Below, in pieces: positions 48,967-63,359 of a stretch of DNA of 64,000 nt. The position numbers were made by a program, and so were the translations under genes. The notes under the pieces were generated by a model, which worked only from the letters and a program-made list of their open reading frames with translations, was not told the origin of the DNA and searched no databases. This stretch comes from Octopus bimaculoides (Eukaryota). The stretch covers positions 14,812,426 through 14,876,425 of the forward strand of contig NC_068995.1 in the NCBI RefSeq assembly GCF_001194135.2, in the 5' to 3' direction. Each line of letters starts with the position of its first letter. The first letter of the stretch is position 1.

Positions 48967-50199
48967 TTGGGGAAATTTTGAACCTGGGTTCTCATTCCTA
49001 AGGTATTTTTCGATGTTATTATTATTATTATTATTATTGTTCAGGTCACTGCTTGGAATCGAACTTGGAATCTTGGGGTTAGTAGCCCGCGCTAGTGACA
49101 TGAACAATAACAATAATAATAATAATAACAACACCAACAACAACATCGAAAAATACCTTAGGAATGAGAACCCAGGTTCGAAATTTCCCCAAGACACCTG
49201 AAGACACTCACAGACTCAGCTATATAGATATAGATATAACATAGTATTCTTTCTATGTTCTACATTATATATTTTAATAATTACTGGTATTTTTATATAT
49301 GTAAAGCATAATATGTTATACATGTATGTATATTGTTATAATTGTTTTTCTTTAAAAATAAATAAATAGACATAATATAATGTCTAAAAGTTGATCAATA
49401 CCACCTCTTGATCCCCCTCCATTTTCTTATTGCCGTATAAACCAAGGGCAAAACAACTTTTCACCCTCACCCATTTATTTACATTCAGTAGTGTAATTGC
49501 CACGCAATGAAAAAACACTTGTCTATTAATAATTGGGTATTCTACTAGCAGTATATTAGATAGATATTATCCCTTAGTTGGTTGGATTCACAACCTCTAA
49601 TTCTCTTGGAATTATATATATATCCAACCCATGCTAGCATGGAAAGCGGACGTTAAACGATATATATATACAAATAATTTTTATCTGCCTGTCGTGGTAC
49701 TTAAATGAGAATGAGATGTAAGAGGACAATGTTTTTGAGATTCCGGTTCGAATGACATGAGTGTTTTTGTTTCACTTTTGACATGTAATACTTAAATACT
49801 GGAGGAGATATGATGTTGCTGTGGGCTGGAAGTATGCAAGAAGTTAAAATTTTTTTTTGACTAAAACTCAACCGGGACCCTAAGTAAGGCATGTGTAAAA
49901 TTTGAATGAAATTGTTTGTGTAGTTCTGGAGTTTTAGGGATTCACACACACACACACATATACATTCTTAATTTTATATATATATAGATATATACATACA
50001 TAGTATGAGCTCCAACTGCTTGTCCACAAGCATGCAACACATCTGCTAATATACAACATTAGCAGATGCATGTCTAAACTGTTAATCAACAGAGAAATAT
50101 TTAACAATATTTCCATCACCACGTCATGACAATGGTCATTTAACTAGAAGCGGTTTTAGCAACGAGCTAAAATACATAATACAGCCCACGCAACACATA

Positions 50200-50700
50200 A
50201 TATCTTTATGATTATCTTCATTATCGGAATCATCATTATGATCATCACTATCATTGTTGTTGTCCTCGTCACTGTTACATCACCACCATCACTACTATCA
50301 CCATCACCATCATCATCATTATCATTATTCTTGTTGTCATCATTATTCTCATCATCTATGTCGTCATTATTGCTGCCATCCTTGTCATCATCGTCATCAT
50401 GGTCGTTATCAACTTCAATAGCAAAGGCAGGAGGGTGTCAGCATCATAACTGTCATCATCATCATCATCATCATCACTGTTATCATTGTCGTTATCATCA
50501 TCATCATCACCATCACCATCACCACCACCACCACTGTCATCATCATCATCATCACCATCACTATCATTATCACAATAACGATGATCATGATCAAGTCTAT
50601 CTTCATCATCATCACCCTCATCACCCTCATCATCATCATCATCATCATCGTTGTCTTCATCATCATCATCATCATCGTTGGCGTCATCGTCATCATCACT
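50200..50700. repeat. Degenerate (CAT)n microsatellite
   Basis: Directly visible, adjoining a family-5 TTTAATGTCC...TTTCCATGCTGG end. Confidence 0.9.
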
Positions 50701-50946
50701 TTAATGTCCCTGTTTCCATGCTGGTGCTAAAACATCATCACATAATCTATGTAAAAGTGCTTTAATTTTTATATTTTGTTTTTTGTTTTTTTTTATATAT
50801 TTTTTAAAAGTAATTAAGAATTAACTACAAAGCTGACTAATTAATTAATTATTGCTGTAATTACTAGAATTATAATTGTTGTTGTTGCTATTAACGTTGA
50901 CGTTGATGTTGTTATTTTTGTTGTTGTTGTTGGTATTATTGTTGTT

Positions 50947-50977
<31 letters not shown>

Positions 50978-52763
50978 CTATTATTGTTATTGTTGTTTTT
51001 AAGCTGAACATTTGGATGAGATGGAGATGAGGAGATGTTCAAAAATTTGGAGAGTGATTACTAATGAATCATTATGGATGGATGGATGGATTAATTGATG
51101 TATGTACGGGTGGATGTATGTGTGTATGGATGGATGGATGGACGGATGTTTGTATGTATGCAGGTATGTGTATGTATGAACATAAGTATGGATGTGTGTG
51201 TATGTATGTAAGGGTATATATATGTATATGTGTGTGTATATGTGTATACAAGGGGGGTGCCGAAAAGTTCCTGACTTTTGGTAAAAGAAAATACAGGAGT
51301 TTTATCAGTTAATTAGGATTTTATTCAACATATTCTCCTCTCAGATTCACACACCTATTGCAGTGGTCCTTTAGTTTTTCTAAACCCTGCAAAAGGAACA
51401 AAGAAGGTTGGGTCTCCAACCAAGTTTTTCATGATACCCATGCAATGGGACTGAACCTGAAGCCCCATGGTTGAAAAGCAAGCTTCTTAACCACATAGCC
51501 AGGCCTGTGCCTAGCCATATAAAAAAACTTTATGAAGCATTACAAACCTGATGGCAGACATAAGTGAAGTTATGTACTGCACTGGACAGAATTTAGGGTT
51601 TAAGGGGATACTGAGAATATTGTTTCAAATTTTGGCACAAACCCAGCAATTTCAGTGGAGGATAAATTGATTACATTGACCCCAGAGCTCAGCTGGTACT
51701 TATTTTATCGACGCCAAAAGGATAAAACACAAAGCCGACTTCAGCAAAATTTGAACTCAGAACATGAAGACAGATGAAATGCCACTAAATATTTTACCTG
51801 CTGTGCTAAGGATTCTGTCAGCTCGCTACCTTGAAATGATATTAATAATTAATATATGATTTCTAGAAACAGGAAGAAGTTTGTGATTTTAGCAGTAATT
51901 AATAATGATGGAGGTAATTGCTTAGCTTAATTAAGTTCACAATATAGGAATCAATAACATTTCTGTTGTATCTGTCTTGGAAGACATTAGAATTCCGCCA
52001 AAACAACTCAGTTGAAATCAGAGAGAGAGATCATAAGGCATGTCTACAACCACTCAACTATTTTGGCATATTGTCATCATGATCAACATCAACACCATCA
52101 TTATCATCATCATCATCATCATCATCATTATCATCATCATCATCATCATCATCATCATTTAACATCCATTTACCATCCTGGCATGGGTTAGACAGTTTGA
52201 CAGGAGCAGGTAAGCCAGAGAGCTGCCCAAGGCTCCAGTTGTCTTTTTTTAGCATGCTTTCTATGGCTGGATGCCCTTCCTAACGCCAGTCACTTCACAG
52301 AGGGTACTGGGTGCTTTTTATGTGGTACCAGCATGGCACCAGCATGTGACACCAGCACAGATGCTTTTTATGTGGTGTTTAGTGATAATTATAATTCTCC
52401 ATTTTGGTGAAACACTGCAAACCGCTGTTTATACTAATTTTATATATACACATTAGCAAATTACTAAATCATTCAATAATTTGGATGGTGAAAACATAAA
52501 TACTAATGGTGAAACAAGTCTAGAAAAAGTCAAACAATTGAACTGGCTTAACAGATGAGGCAACAGAAATTGCCAAAACTGACGTCAGTCTTAAGAATTC
52601 TCAACTGGCACCTTTTTAGGTGATTATGATCCCAGTTAGTGTATAAGTTTTCATTCATATGTGCTAACTACAACATTAGAGTGGTTTAGCTCTTATTTCT
52701 AGCAATGTAGGTGTTTCCTAACACCCTAGTCACATTTAGTGACAATTACAATATATACATATA

Positions 52764-52819
<56 letters not shown>

Positions 52820-52831
52820 CACACATATATA

Positions 52832-54111
52832 TATTGGACCATCCCATAAATAATGTGGTTTTTTCCAATTGCATGAACTAAAAGTTGGAAGGGGACGGGA
52901 TAAACTACCTGTATCAACTTGCTATAAAAGCAGGTAGTAATTTTACCTTGTCTGTATTCTTAGTGCAGGTTTTGAAGAGTGCAGTTCAATTTGAACACCT
53001 TTTTTTTTTCAAGGTTATAATGGAAGTGACAAAGGAGCATATTCGGCATATTTTGCTTTATGAGTTCAATAAAGGCAACAATGCAACAGAAAGTGCAAGG
53101 AATATTTGTGTTATATGGGAATTGGACACTAAGTGTAAGCTAGTGTCAACAGTGGTTCCAGGAATTCCAAATTGGGGACTACAGCCTAGAAGACGAGTTT
53201 CATCCTGAAAGATCTGTAGAGCTTGATGAGGATGTCCTGCAAACCCTGGTGGAACAAAATCCCATCATAACTGTTGAGGAACTAGCAGAGAAGCTTGGAT
53301 TTGGTCATTGAACCATTCATTGACACCTGCATGCCATCAGAAAAGTCAGCAGATTGGGTCAATGGGTTCCTCACAAACTCTCTGAGTTTAATCACAGAGA
53401 GTGAATGTGTGCTCTTCTTTGCTGTCACATCTCTGAATGAACTTTCTTTGGACTGAATGACTCATGATGAGAAATGGGTTCTCTATAAAGATGTCAAGCA
53501 CTGAAGACAGTGGCTAGGGAAAGGAGAAACACTGGTACCCCACGCTAAAGAAGATCATCATCCACATAAGGTGCTGTTAGTTGTTCGGTGGGATATGAAA
53601 GGTTTAGTCCACTTTGAACTTTTAAAACCAAACCAAATGATAACAAAGGAGATCCACTGCAGCTTGAGTGGCTTAAGTCAGTGTTAGAAGAAACTGGCCA
53701 TCTTTGGTTTCAAGATGAAAGCTGTTCTTCCATCAGGATAATGCTTGGCCACATACAGTGAGGATGAGATTCCAGAGGTTAGAGCAGTTTGAATGGGAAA
53801 TGATGCTCCACCCACCATATTCGCTGGACATTGCCCATCTGATTATCATTTATTCCACAGCCTTCAAAATCATTTGGACGGAAAAAATACGAATTCTATA
53901 GACGAGGCCAGAATAGTACTGGAGGAGTATTTTTCATCACAGACAAGTGAATTTTGGAAGAGGGTCCTTGCAAGTCTACCAGACAGATGGAAGAGCATTG
54001 TAGAAAATGAAGGAGAGTATATTTTAGATTAAAAAAGAACTTTGTTTATCTTAATTTTGAAAAATAAAAGAAGTAAAAAAAAAACTGCATTATTTATGGG
54101 ATGACCCAATA
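52832..54111 (+). mobile_element. Full-length (~1.28 kb) decayed mariner, same family as 11051
   Basis: TA-TTGGACCATCCCATAAATAATG ... CATTATTTATGGGATGACCCAA-TA. ATG at 53020. WVPHKL, THDEKW, HQDNA and YS(P)DIAPSDYHLF motifs are present, with frameshifts and stops. Confidence 0.95.
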
Positions 54112-54625
54112 TACATGTATGTATGTATGTACGTACGTACGTACGTACGTACGTATGTATGTATGTATGTATGTATGTATGTATGTATGTATGTATGTAT
54201 GCATATAAATGCATTTATATTACATGTCAGCAAGGAAAACAGATGTAAAATGATAATGATGGTAGTCAAAGACACACACACACATAAACACACACATACA
54301 TACATACTCACACACATATGCACATACACATACACACATGCACACACACGTACACACATGCACACACATATACACATGCATGCACACACATGCACGAACA
54401 CACATGCATTCTCACACACACACTCACGTACACACATGCACACAGATACTCGCATGCGTGTGCACACACACACACATGCATGCACGCACACATGCACACA
54501 CATGCATACTCACACATGCATACACACGCACGTGCACACACACACACACACACGTGCACACACACACACACACCCTCTGTGTGTAGCCCCTTGTGGGTAG
54601 TAAAGAGATAACACACACACACACT
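54112..54625. repeat. (GTAT)n and degenerate (CA)n tract
   Basis: Directly visible. Confidence 0.9.
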
Positions 54626-54981
54626 TACAGTATGGTAGAATGTACACCATAAGATATCATTAATTCTATAAGAGTACATATTTCCAGCATGTATTCTCTA
54701 AAGGTTATAATCATAAATTATTTTAAAACCACTAACTAAATTGAGAGTATGATTTAATTAATTTCGAGTAAGAATGTATTTCCTGTGATTCTTTAAAATA
54801 AATTCTGTTTACAGCATGCAGAGAATACATGTTCCAAATATATTCTGATATTGAATTAATTAATCATAAAGCTCTAAGGACAGCTACATTATATATATAT
54901 ATATATATGTGCTAGCATTGCTCTGTTTCTCTAGTTATGTATCTATCATCTGCTTCTCTCTTTCTCCTCCCACACCTCTCC

Positions 54982-55021
<40 letters not shown>

Positions 55022-55031
55022 NNNNNNNNNN

Positions 55032-55069
<38 letters not shown>

Positions 55070-55413
55070 GATATATGTGTGTATGTGTGTGTGCGTGTGT
55101 GTGTGTGTGTGTGCATATTTCATTTTAAACCGAGCGTCAACCTAATATTGTGTATGTCCTTTTGTTGTTTTTGTCTTTTTGATTTGCCTATACATACATA
55201 CATGCATACATACATACATACATACATATATACATACATGTGCATGTGTGTGCATGCGTGTGTGTGTGTGTGTCTGTCTATGCATGTATATGTATGTATG
55301 TATGTACAAAACCAATAAAACCACACATATATATATGTGTGTATTTGTGTGTGTATATATATGTGTGCATATATGTATATATATATATATGTATGTATGT
55401 ATATATATGTATG

Positions 55414-55497
<84 letters not shown>

Positions 55498-56223
55498 TAA
55501 AGTGTCAAAGCATGAAACTCTTGGACCTTGAGCCACTCTGTTGCTTCTGCTAAATTGTAATAAATATGTGTCTGTGTGTGTGTGTGTGTAGTAAACAAAC
55601 ACAAATGGATACATTAAAACATCACTGCACATGCTTCAAAAGTGGTTTAATTCAAACGCAACTCCATTACATAATTCAATAGGTAACTTAACATAAATTC
55701 ATATATACTTATAGGAATTTCATATACTCATATACATATACTTATATGCTTACCATTTCATCAAGTGATATTCTATCGAGTGTTTTGGCACAGATATGAA
55801 TAGGAGCAAGCATGGCTGTGTGGTAAAAACTTTGCTTTCCAGCCTCATGTCTTTGGTTTCAGTATCACTGTATGGTGCCTTTGACAAGTCTCTTCTACTA
55901 CAGCTCTTGAGCCAGCCAAAGTCTAGTAAGTGGATTTGGTTGATGGGACCTGAAGGAAGCCCATAGCATACAAACTAGTGTGTGTGTGTGTGTATGTGTG
56001 TTTTTTCTCGACATTGTGTGATTGTTTTAAATGAATGGCATTCATTTCCAATATTCTGAGAAAGCACATCTGACCACGGGGGGAAAAAAATGACCTTGCT
56101 TGAAATCAGGTATGGGTTTGTGACAAGAAGGACATCTGGCTGTATAAAATCTGACTCTGTAACCCCTGTCTGACCCGTGCAAGCATGGAAAAGTGGACAT
56201 TAAAACAATGATGAAATGGTATA

Positions 56224-56265
<42 letters not shown>

Positions 56266-56489
56266 CCAAGAGAGTTAGGGGTTGAGGGTTCAACCCACTA
56301 AGGGATAATATATATCCAATATACTGCTGGCAGGGTGCCCAATTATTGCTACACTAGTATTATACCAAGTGCAATAATTGGTTGCGGGTAAAAGGGGTTT
56401 TATTTACTCTAAATTTATATAGCAATAAGAAAATGAAGGGGAATATGAGGTACTCATCAGCTTGCAGACATTGTATTCCGTTGATTAAT

Positions 56490-56604
56490 CTGATGATGAT
56501 GACGATGATGATGACGATGACAATGATGACGATGATGATGATGATGATGATGACAATGATGATTATGTTGACGACGATGATGATGACGACGATGATGACA
56601 ACGG

Positions 56605-56640
<36 letters not shown>

Positions 56641-57696
56641 CAATGACAACGATGATGACGATGATAATGATGATAACTATAATGATTATGATGACAATGA
56701 TGACGACGATGATGACGACAACGATGATGACGATGACAACAACAACAACGACGACGACGACAACGATGACAATGATGACGATGACGATGATGTTTCTCTC
56801 TTCTGTTCTAATGAGTTTGATAAAGACAAGTACCAATCAAGTTCTGCATCCAATTAATTGACAAAATCTTGCCCCGAAATTCGCAGCCTTGCATCTATTC
56901 TAGAAATAATTATCGATAAGCAATTTAAAACTTATTTTGAAGTTTATCAAAAGCAACAGAAAGAAAACCTTTTATTAGAAAATTCCACAACATCATTGTT
57001 GTTGTTATTGCAGCTTGACCCCCGGTCACTTTCAGTTAAGCTGGCTTATGATCAAACGCATTCTTGCCTGGTGTCCTTTGTTTTTTTCCTCCTTTCTCAG
57101 ATTAAAGGTGTCTATGACTATATTGTATGTATCTGGTCTTAGAGTTGGTACACTGTGTGTCCTGTATGTCCCCCACATTGTCATAAGAAGGGGATGAAAG
57201 TTTTGGCAACAAGAAGGACGTCTGGCTGTAAAGTATTTGCTCAGTAAAACCTTTCCAACTCATGCTAGCATGGAAAAGTAGACGTATGATGATGATGATG
57301 ATACTGATGATCATGGTGGTGGTGGTGGTGGTGGTGTTGGCGGCGGCGACAGTGGCAGTGGTGGCAGCAGTGGTAGTGGTGGTGACAGTGGCTGTGGTGG
57401 CAGTGGCTGGCTGGCTGGTGGTGGTGGTGGTGGTGGTGGTGGTTCTGGTGATGGTTCTGGTGATGGTGGTGGTGATGATGATGATGATGATGGTAGTGGT
57501 GGCCGTTGTAGTCGTAGTGGTGGTGGTGGTAGTCGTCGTCATGATGATGATGATGAGTGTACCTATAATTATAACATTGCCCTATGGTCCTTTCCTCCAT
57601 TTATAAGACAGCACGAGGGCCGGTGGGAGGAGTGTAATTTAAGTGAAATTATCTTGGTTGCCATTTCTAGCAAATCAAGCAACCACATAATACCCT

Positions 57697-57735
<39 letters not shown>

Positions 57736-57973
57736 CCACCCTTCTCCCTTCCATCTCCTCTGCTTGATTTCACAGCATTCTGTTCAATGTAAGTGTTTAA
57801 TTGAAATATTGCTTCACTTACATAAACAAGTCGTCAAAACAGGCTAATAATAATTAATCTCACTCTAGAAACTAATGAGGTTAATTATGTATTGGAAAGC
57901 CATTCTCTGATTGATCAAATTCAAACAAATGTCAATATTTATCGCGCTTGTGTGAGGTAAATAAAATATCGGT

Positions 57974-58006
<33 letters not shown>

Positions 58007-58459
58007 AATTGATTAATTGACTGGAGTCGTTGATGAAATTCCAGTACCACTGTAACCGTTGATAGGAGTCAGTCATGTTGTTCTCTCACTGATCTTCGAT
58101 TAAAGGCTGTCTTTTATTATTTTGACGTTGATTTAACAATTTTTTTCTGTTTTTTTTACAATTTCGGTATTTGAATTTTTAATAAATTCATTGTCGTCAT
58201 CATCATTGTTGTTGTCATCGTCGTTATCAAACATCATCACCATTGTCATCATCATCATCCTCATCACCACTATTGTCATCATCATCATCATCATCATCAA
58301 ACATCACTATCATCACCATCACCATCATCACTGTAGGCAGCGGTGGCATCATCATCATCGTCATCAACGTCATCGTTGTTGTCGCCATCATCGTTGTTGC
58401 CATCATCATCGTCGATGTAGTCATCGTCATCATCGTCATCCTCAAACGTCATCTTCAAA

Positions 58460-58517
<58 letters not shown>

Positions 58518-58605
58518 GTCGTCATCATCATTATTGTCATCGTCGTCATTGTCATTGTCCTCATTATCATCCTCATTACCACTATCCCCATCATCATCAT
58601 CTCCT
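56490..58605. repeat. Three long degenerate trinucleotide tracts (56490-56795, 57285-57556, 58190-58605)
   Basis: (GAT/GAC)n, (GGT/GAT)n and (CAT)n directly visible. Confidence 0.9.
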
Positions 58606-61600
58606 AAAGAGACATTAATGAGATATGCAATACAATGTATGTTAAAGTGCCATAAGACCAGATGCTTCACATGCTTGGTGACTTATGTGAATCAGTGTCT
58701 GATATCGACATTCCTTAACCTGTTGGAGTGTTTGGTACGAATGAGTTAATGTCCATAGGTTAGTCTATGTGCAATAATAGTGTACCAAAATCTGTTGGTA
58801 CATTTAGTGATATTGGACTTATGTTTGTTTCTTGAGCTCTAATTAGATGGTCTGTCCTGTTGGCATCTCCGTGGTCAGATGAATGAAAACAAAAGGACAA
58901 AGCTAATCAAAAGAGATCAAATACACTTTGCATTCATTTTAATGTTTCGTTGTGTTTATTTGTTAGGAATGATATATCAAGCCAGTTTTCATCTATTGGA
59001 TACAACATTTTGTACACAAGCTGTGGGTACAAGAAAATTGCTCAGCAGATGAAGGGCAAAGGGGCTTTATCTACGATGAGTGTATGTAGCTCCTAAAGCA
59101 TTTGAAATGTTTATACATCCTTTGTGCTAATTCGTTTACGTTGAACAGTTTGTGCTTCCATTCCATTTGTTTATCAAAAGCTGCATTCATGGTTCAGTCA
59201 TGAATATTTTTGGATTCCATCATGACGCTTTATTGGCTGTAAAAATTGGATATGGTGACCTTCAAACAGAAAGCTGGTTGAATTGATTACTTCATTGAGC
59301 TTTGGGATATAAATATTGCACAGTCGCCAGAATTTGGTATACAAACAGTGTTTTTGTAACAAAGATACCTTTGTTGTGTGAGTCCATCACACAATTTCAA
59401 TTAATGATTATTAATTAAGTACCATTTGTCTTGGAATATTTTTTCCCTGATTATTCCTGTTCGTCATGTCTTTTTTTTTTTTCCATTACTAAAGCATTAT
59501 CGTTGTGACATTTTGGAAAATAACAGGAAAATACAAATCTGAATCTAGAAAATTCTTTGCAAGTGATAATTCTGACATGCTGGAATTCATGTCAAGAGTT
59601 TGAAAAGAAAGGACTGCCATGGCTGGAATGTCCTTGCTCATAGTTCTTCTCAGCCAGGGATGTTCTACAGTAATTGGTTATAAGCTAAGTACTACAGGAG
59701 TTGGTGGAAGTAGATCACCCAACTGTTTAGATAAATGATGAACAATTGGGAAATTTGAAGAACTAAGTTCAAGCCTGACCACATGATCATGAGGCTTAAA
59801 GGTTCACTTTCCAACCATATGGTTTCAAGTTCAGTCCCACTGTGCAGCACCTTTGGAACATGTCTTCTACTATAGCTTTGGATTGGTCCAAGACTTGGAC
59901 CAAATCTTGGAACAAGTGACATTAGGTAGATGAAAATTACGTGGAATTTCATCTGATGGGATTTATTAACTTGTTTTTTAGGGGTAGATTTAATCTACAG
60001 CCTGCAACTGGATGGTACTGGAGAAAGCATCCAATGTTGCACTAATCCAGTAACATACATTCTGTGCCAGGTTGAGAAAGAGAGTGCCAAGGTATGCATG
60101 GAAGCTTCAGGGGTTAGCCCAAGCAAAGCTGGTCAGGGGACTTTGTGATGTTAATGGTATTTACTCTGGTGCAAGCATTTGGACTAGTTCTTCAATCTTG
60201 GAGTCCATACAAAGGTCATAGATACAGCTCTTCCTCTCTTAAGTAAAGCAGACAAAACAGAGTGGAGGCACATGGCTTAATGGTTAGGATGTTGGACTCA
60301 TGATTCCTGGACCAAGTAATGCATGGTGTTCATGAGCAAAACACTTCATTTCACATTGATCTGATCCACTCAACTGGTAAAAATGAGTAAACCTGTGACA
60401 GCCTGGCATCTCATCCACAGAGGAATATATACATCAGAGAAACTTGGTAACCAGCCCTATGGCAGTTAGACTTTTAAGAGACTTTATATATTTTTACCAT
60501 TTAATCAAGGAAGCCATGAGCACTGGCTGTGACCCTTTATTTCTCTGGACCTTTAAGATTTATAGGAAGAAAGGAAGAAACCATCCTCAAGCTGGAAACT
60601 TGGCCCAAATGCCAACAACAGAATGAACTTTGCTAAGGACCAAATAGTAGTCTCAAAGTGAAGTTGACTTTGGCAAGATTTGAACTCAGACCGTAGAGAT
60701 CTGATACAAATAGTGCAAAGTATATATTGCCTAACTTTTTATTGACTCTGACAATTCATCATTTAAATCAGCAGTTCTCAACCAGGGTTCATATGACCCT
60801 TGGGGGTCCATTTAAGATTTTGTTGTTAAAATTTATGTGCAAGGTGATACTCCAGCATGGCCACAGTCAAAAGACTGAAACAAGTAAAAGAATAAAATAC
60901 ACAAAATATTTTAACAATTTTTTTTATACAATTCCTAATAACATTTAATTATATGAAAATATAATAGGATTTTTTAAGCACCAAATGGTCTTGAGGGTTC
61001 GCCTGAATAAAATAAGTATTAAAGGGGTTTGTAGGCAAAAAAATTGCTGAGAAACACTGATCTAAATTAACTGAAAGAAAGATTTTCCGCAGTCATTCCT
61101 GAAATAATCCATGGTGATGATCTTGGAAATGGTACAGAGATAAGGAAATAATCATAATAATAATTTAACATCCATTTTCATGCTGCCATGGGTTTGGATG
61201 GTTTGACAGGAGCTGATAAGACCAGGGGACACACCAGGTCCCATAGTCTGTTTTGACTTGGTTTATACAGTTGGATTCCCTTCCTAATGCCAGCCACTTT
61301 ACGGAGTGTTCTGAGTGCTTTTTACATGGCGCCAGCAACAAACATTCAGTAAGAATATTTTAGTATTTCAATAGGTTCAGACGTGGCTTTGTGGTTAAGA
61401 TGCTTGCTTCCTAACCACATGGTCTCAGGTTCAGTCTCACTGCACAGCACCTTGGGATTGTATCTTCTACTAGAGCACCCAGTTGACCAAAGACTTGTGA
61501 CTGGATTTGGTAAATGGAAACAGAAAGAAGCCTGTCATATATATGTATATCTGAATGTGGCCAATGCCATTACCCGCTGACTGGCTCCCATACTGGTGGA

Positions 61601-62355
61601 ACATAGAATGATGTTGATAAGGATAAATAGATTTTTCCCTTATTTGCAAGATTATAGAAAAACCTTTCAAAAAACCCAGCATTTTCTAATTATTTTGGGA
61701 ATAGTTTAGTGTCCAAGACAAAGCTCACATTCTTACATTGATGAGTTACAAGGATCCTTATTCATCTACCAATAGATGTATAAAGAAGCTTGCTTGTCAA
61801 CCATGTGGTCTTGGGTTCAGTCCTATGCTATGCCACCTTCGATTTTAACATGTTTCTGTGAAAGAAAGCATTTACAAGTGGTTTCAGGGTAGTCCAGTGT
61901 GATACCTACTGTCCCTTTTATTTTTTTTTTTTGAGTCTCAGTACGAATAACCCAACATTGATGATGCAATCATTATCAGGATCATTATATTAACCAATCA
62001 CAAGAAAAAGAGACAGAGAGAGGAAAACATAGGAAAGAGGGAGAGAGAAAGGGAGAGAAATACATACACACGGAAAGAGAGAGAAAGAAGACAAAGATAG
62101 AAACACACACACACATGTATATATACATATACGTATGCATGTATGTACATGTACACACATGCACTTATATATGACGAGAACACCAATAATAACTTGATGT
62201 CTATGTCAACCGAAGCAATATAAAAGATATTTAGAATTAATAATAAAATGAAGAAGAAGAAGGAGGAGGAGGAGGAAGAGGAGGAGGAAGTGGAGGAAGA
62301 GGAGGCAAATAATAACAATAACAACAACAACAATGACAATAATAATAACAACAAC

Positions 62356-62407
<52 letters not shown>

Positions 62408-63069
62408 GGTCAAAATATTTCAGCAATATCATAATATTTATTTTCGTTCCATTATTGTTATTTTATTTATTTATTTATTATTTTTTATTATTATTTTTTT
62501 TCTTTTTTTGTACAGATACAACATAAATTATCAAGTCATTTGTAAAAAGAACATAGAACATGGGGTATAAAATTTACTAAAATATAATGAGAAAAAAATT
62601 TTCACCCAGCTGTCTANNNNNNNNNNNNNNNNNNNNNNNNNNNNNNNNNNNNNNNNNNNNNNNNNNNNNNNNNNNNNNNNNNNNNNNNNNNNNNNNNNNN
62701 NNNNNNNNNNNNNNNNNNNNNNNNNNNNNNNNNNNNNNNNNNNNNNNNNNNNNNNNNNNNNNNNNNNNNNNNNNNNNNNNNNNNNNNNNNNNNNNNNNNN
62801 NNNNNNNNNNNNNNNNNNNNNNNNNNNNNNNNNNNNNNNNNNNNNNNNNNNNNNNNNNNNNNNNNNNNNNNNNNNNNNNNNNNNNNNNNNNNNNNNNNNN
62901 NNNNNNNNNNNNNNNNNNNNNNNNNNNNNNNNNNNNNNNNNNNNNNNNNNNNNNNNNNNNNNNNNNNNNNNNNNNNNNNNNNNNNNNNNNNNNNNNNNNN
63001 NNNNNNNGCACTGTATATTTGGTGTTAATTTGCTTCAGCTTTATATTACATTAATCTTAATCTTATTTC

Positions 63070-63114
63070 GGCCAGAGTTCTTTCGTCACACGTCTGTGAC
63101 CTCATCAGTGGTCC
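63070..63114 (-). ncRNA. Minimal type-I hammerhead ribozyme, inverted copy
   Basis: Reverse complement is identical to 63315-63359 except the stem-II loop (GACG). Confidence 0.75.
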
Positions 63115-63314
63115 TTTGTTTCCTTCTTTCTTATGTGTGTCTCACCTTGCTAACTATCAGCCATTTTGTATTTTGTATTCCTATTGTATGTGTCTACGCA
63201 TGCGTGTCCTTCAATGTGTCTATGTCTTTTGTAAGCGCATGTGTGTGTATGGGGAGTGTCTGTATCACCTATATTCTCTGTTAACACGACACACATAAGA
63301 AAGAAGGAAACAAA

Positions 63315-63359
63315 GGACCACTGATGAGGTCACAGAAGTGTGACGAAAGAACTCTGGCC
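63315..63359 (+). ncRNA. Minimal type-I hammerhead ribozyme (Penelope/retrozyme-type)
   Basis: GGACCA-CUGAUGA-G-GUCACA(GAAG)UGUGAC-GAAA-GAACU-C-UGGCC. Stems I and II and the core are intact, cleavage triplet CUC. Confidence 0.75.

Noticed and set aside
50208-58749. Poly-His, poly-Met/Thr, poly-Ser and CV/HT-repeat ORFs
   Set aside because: These are translations of (CAT)n/(GAT)n/(CA)n microsatellites with no splice or domain support.
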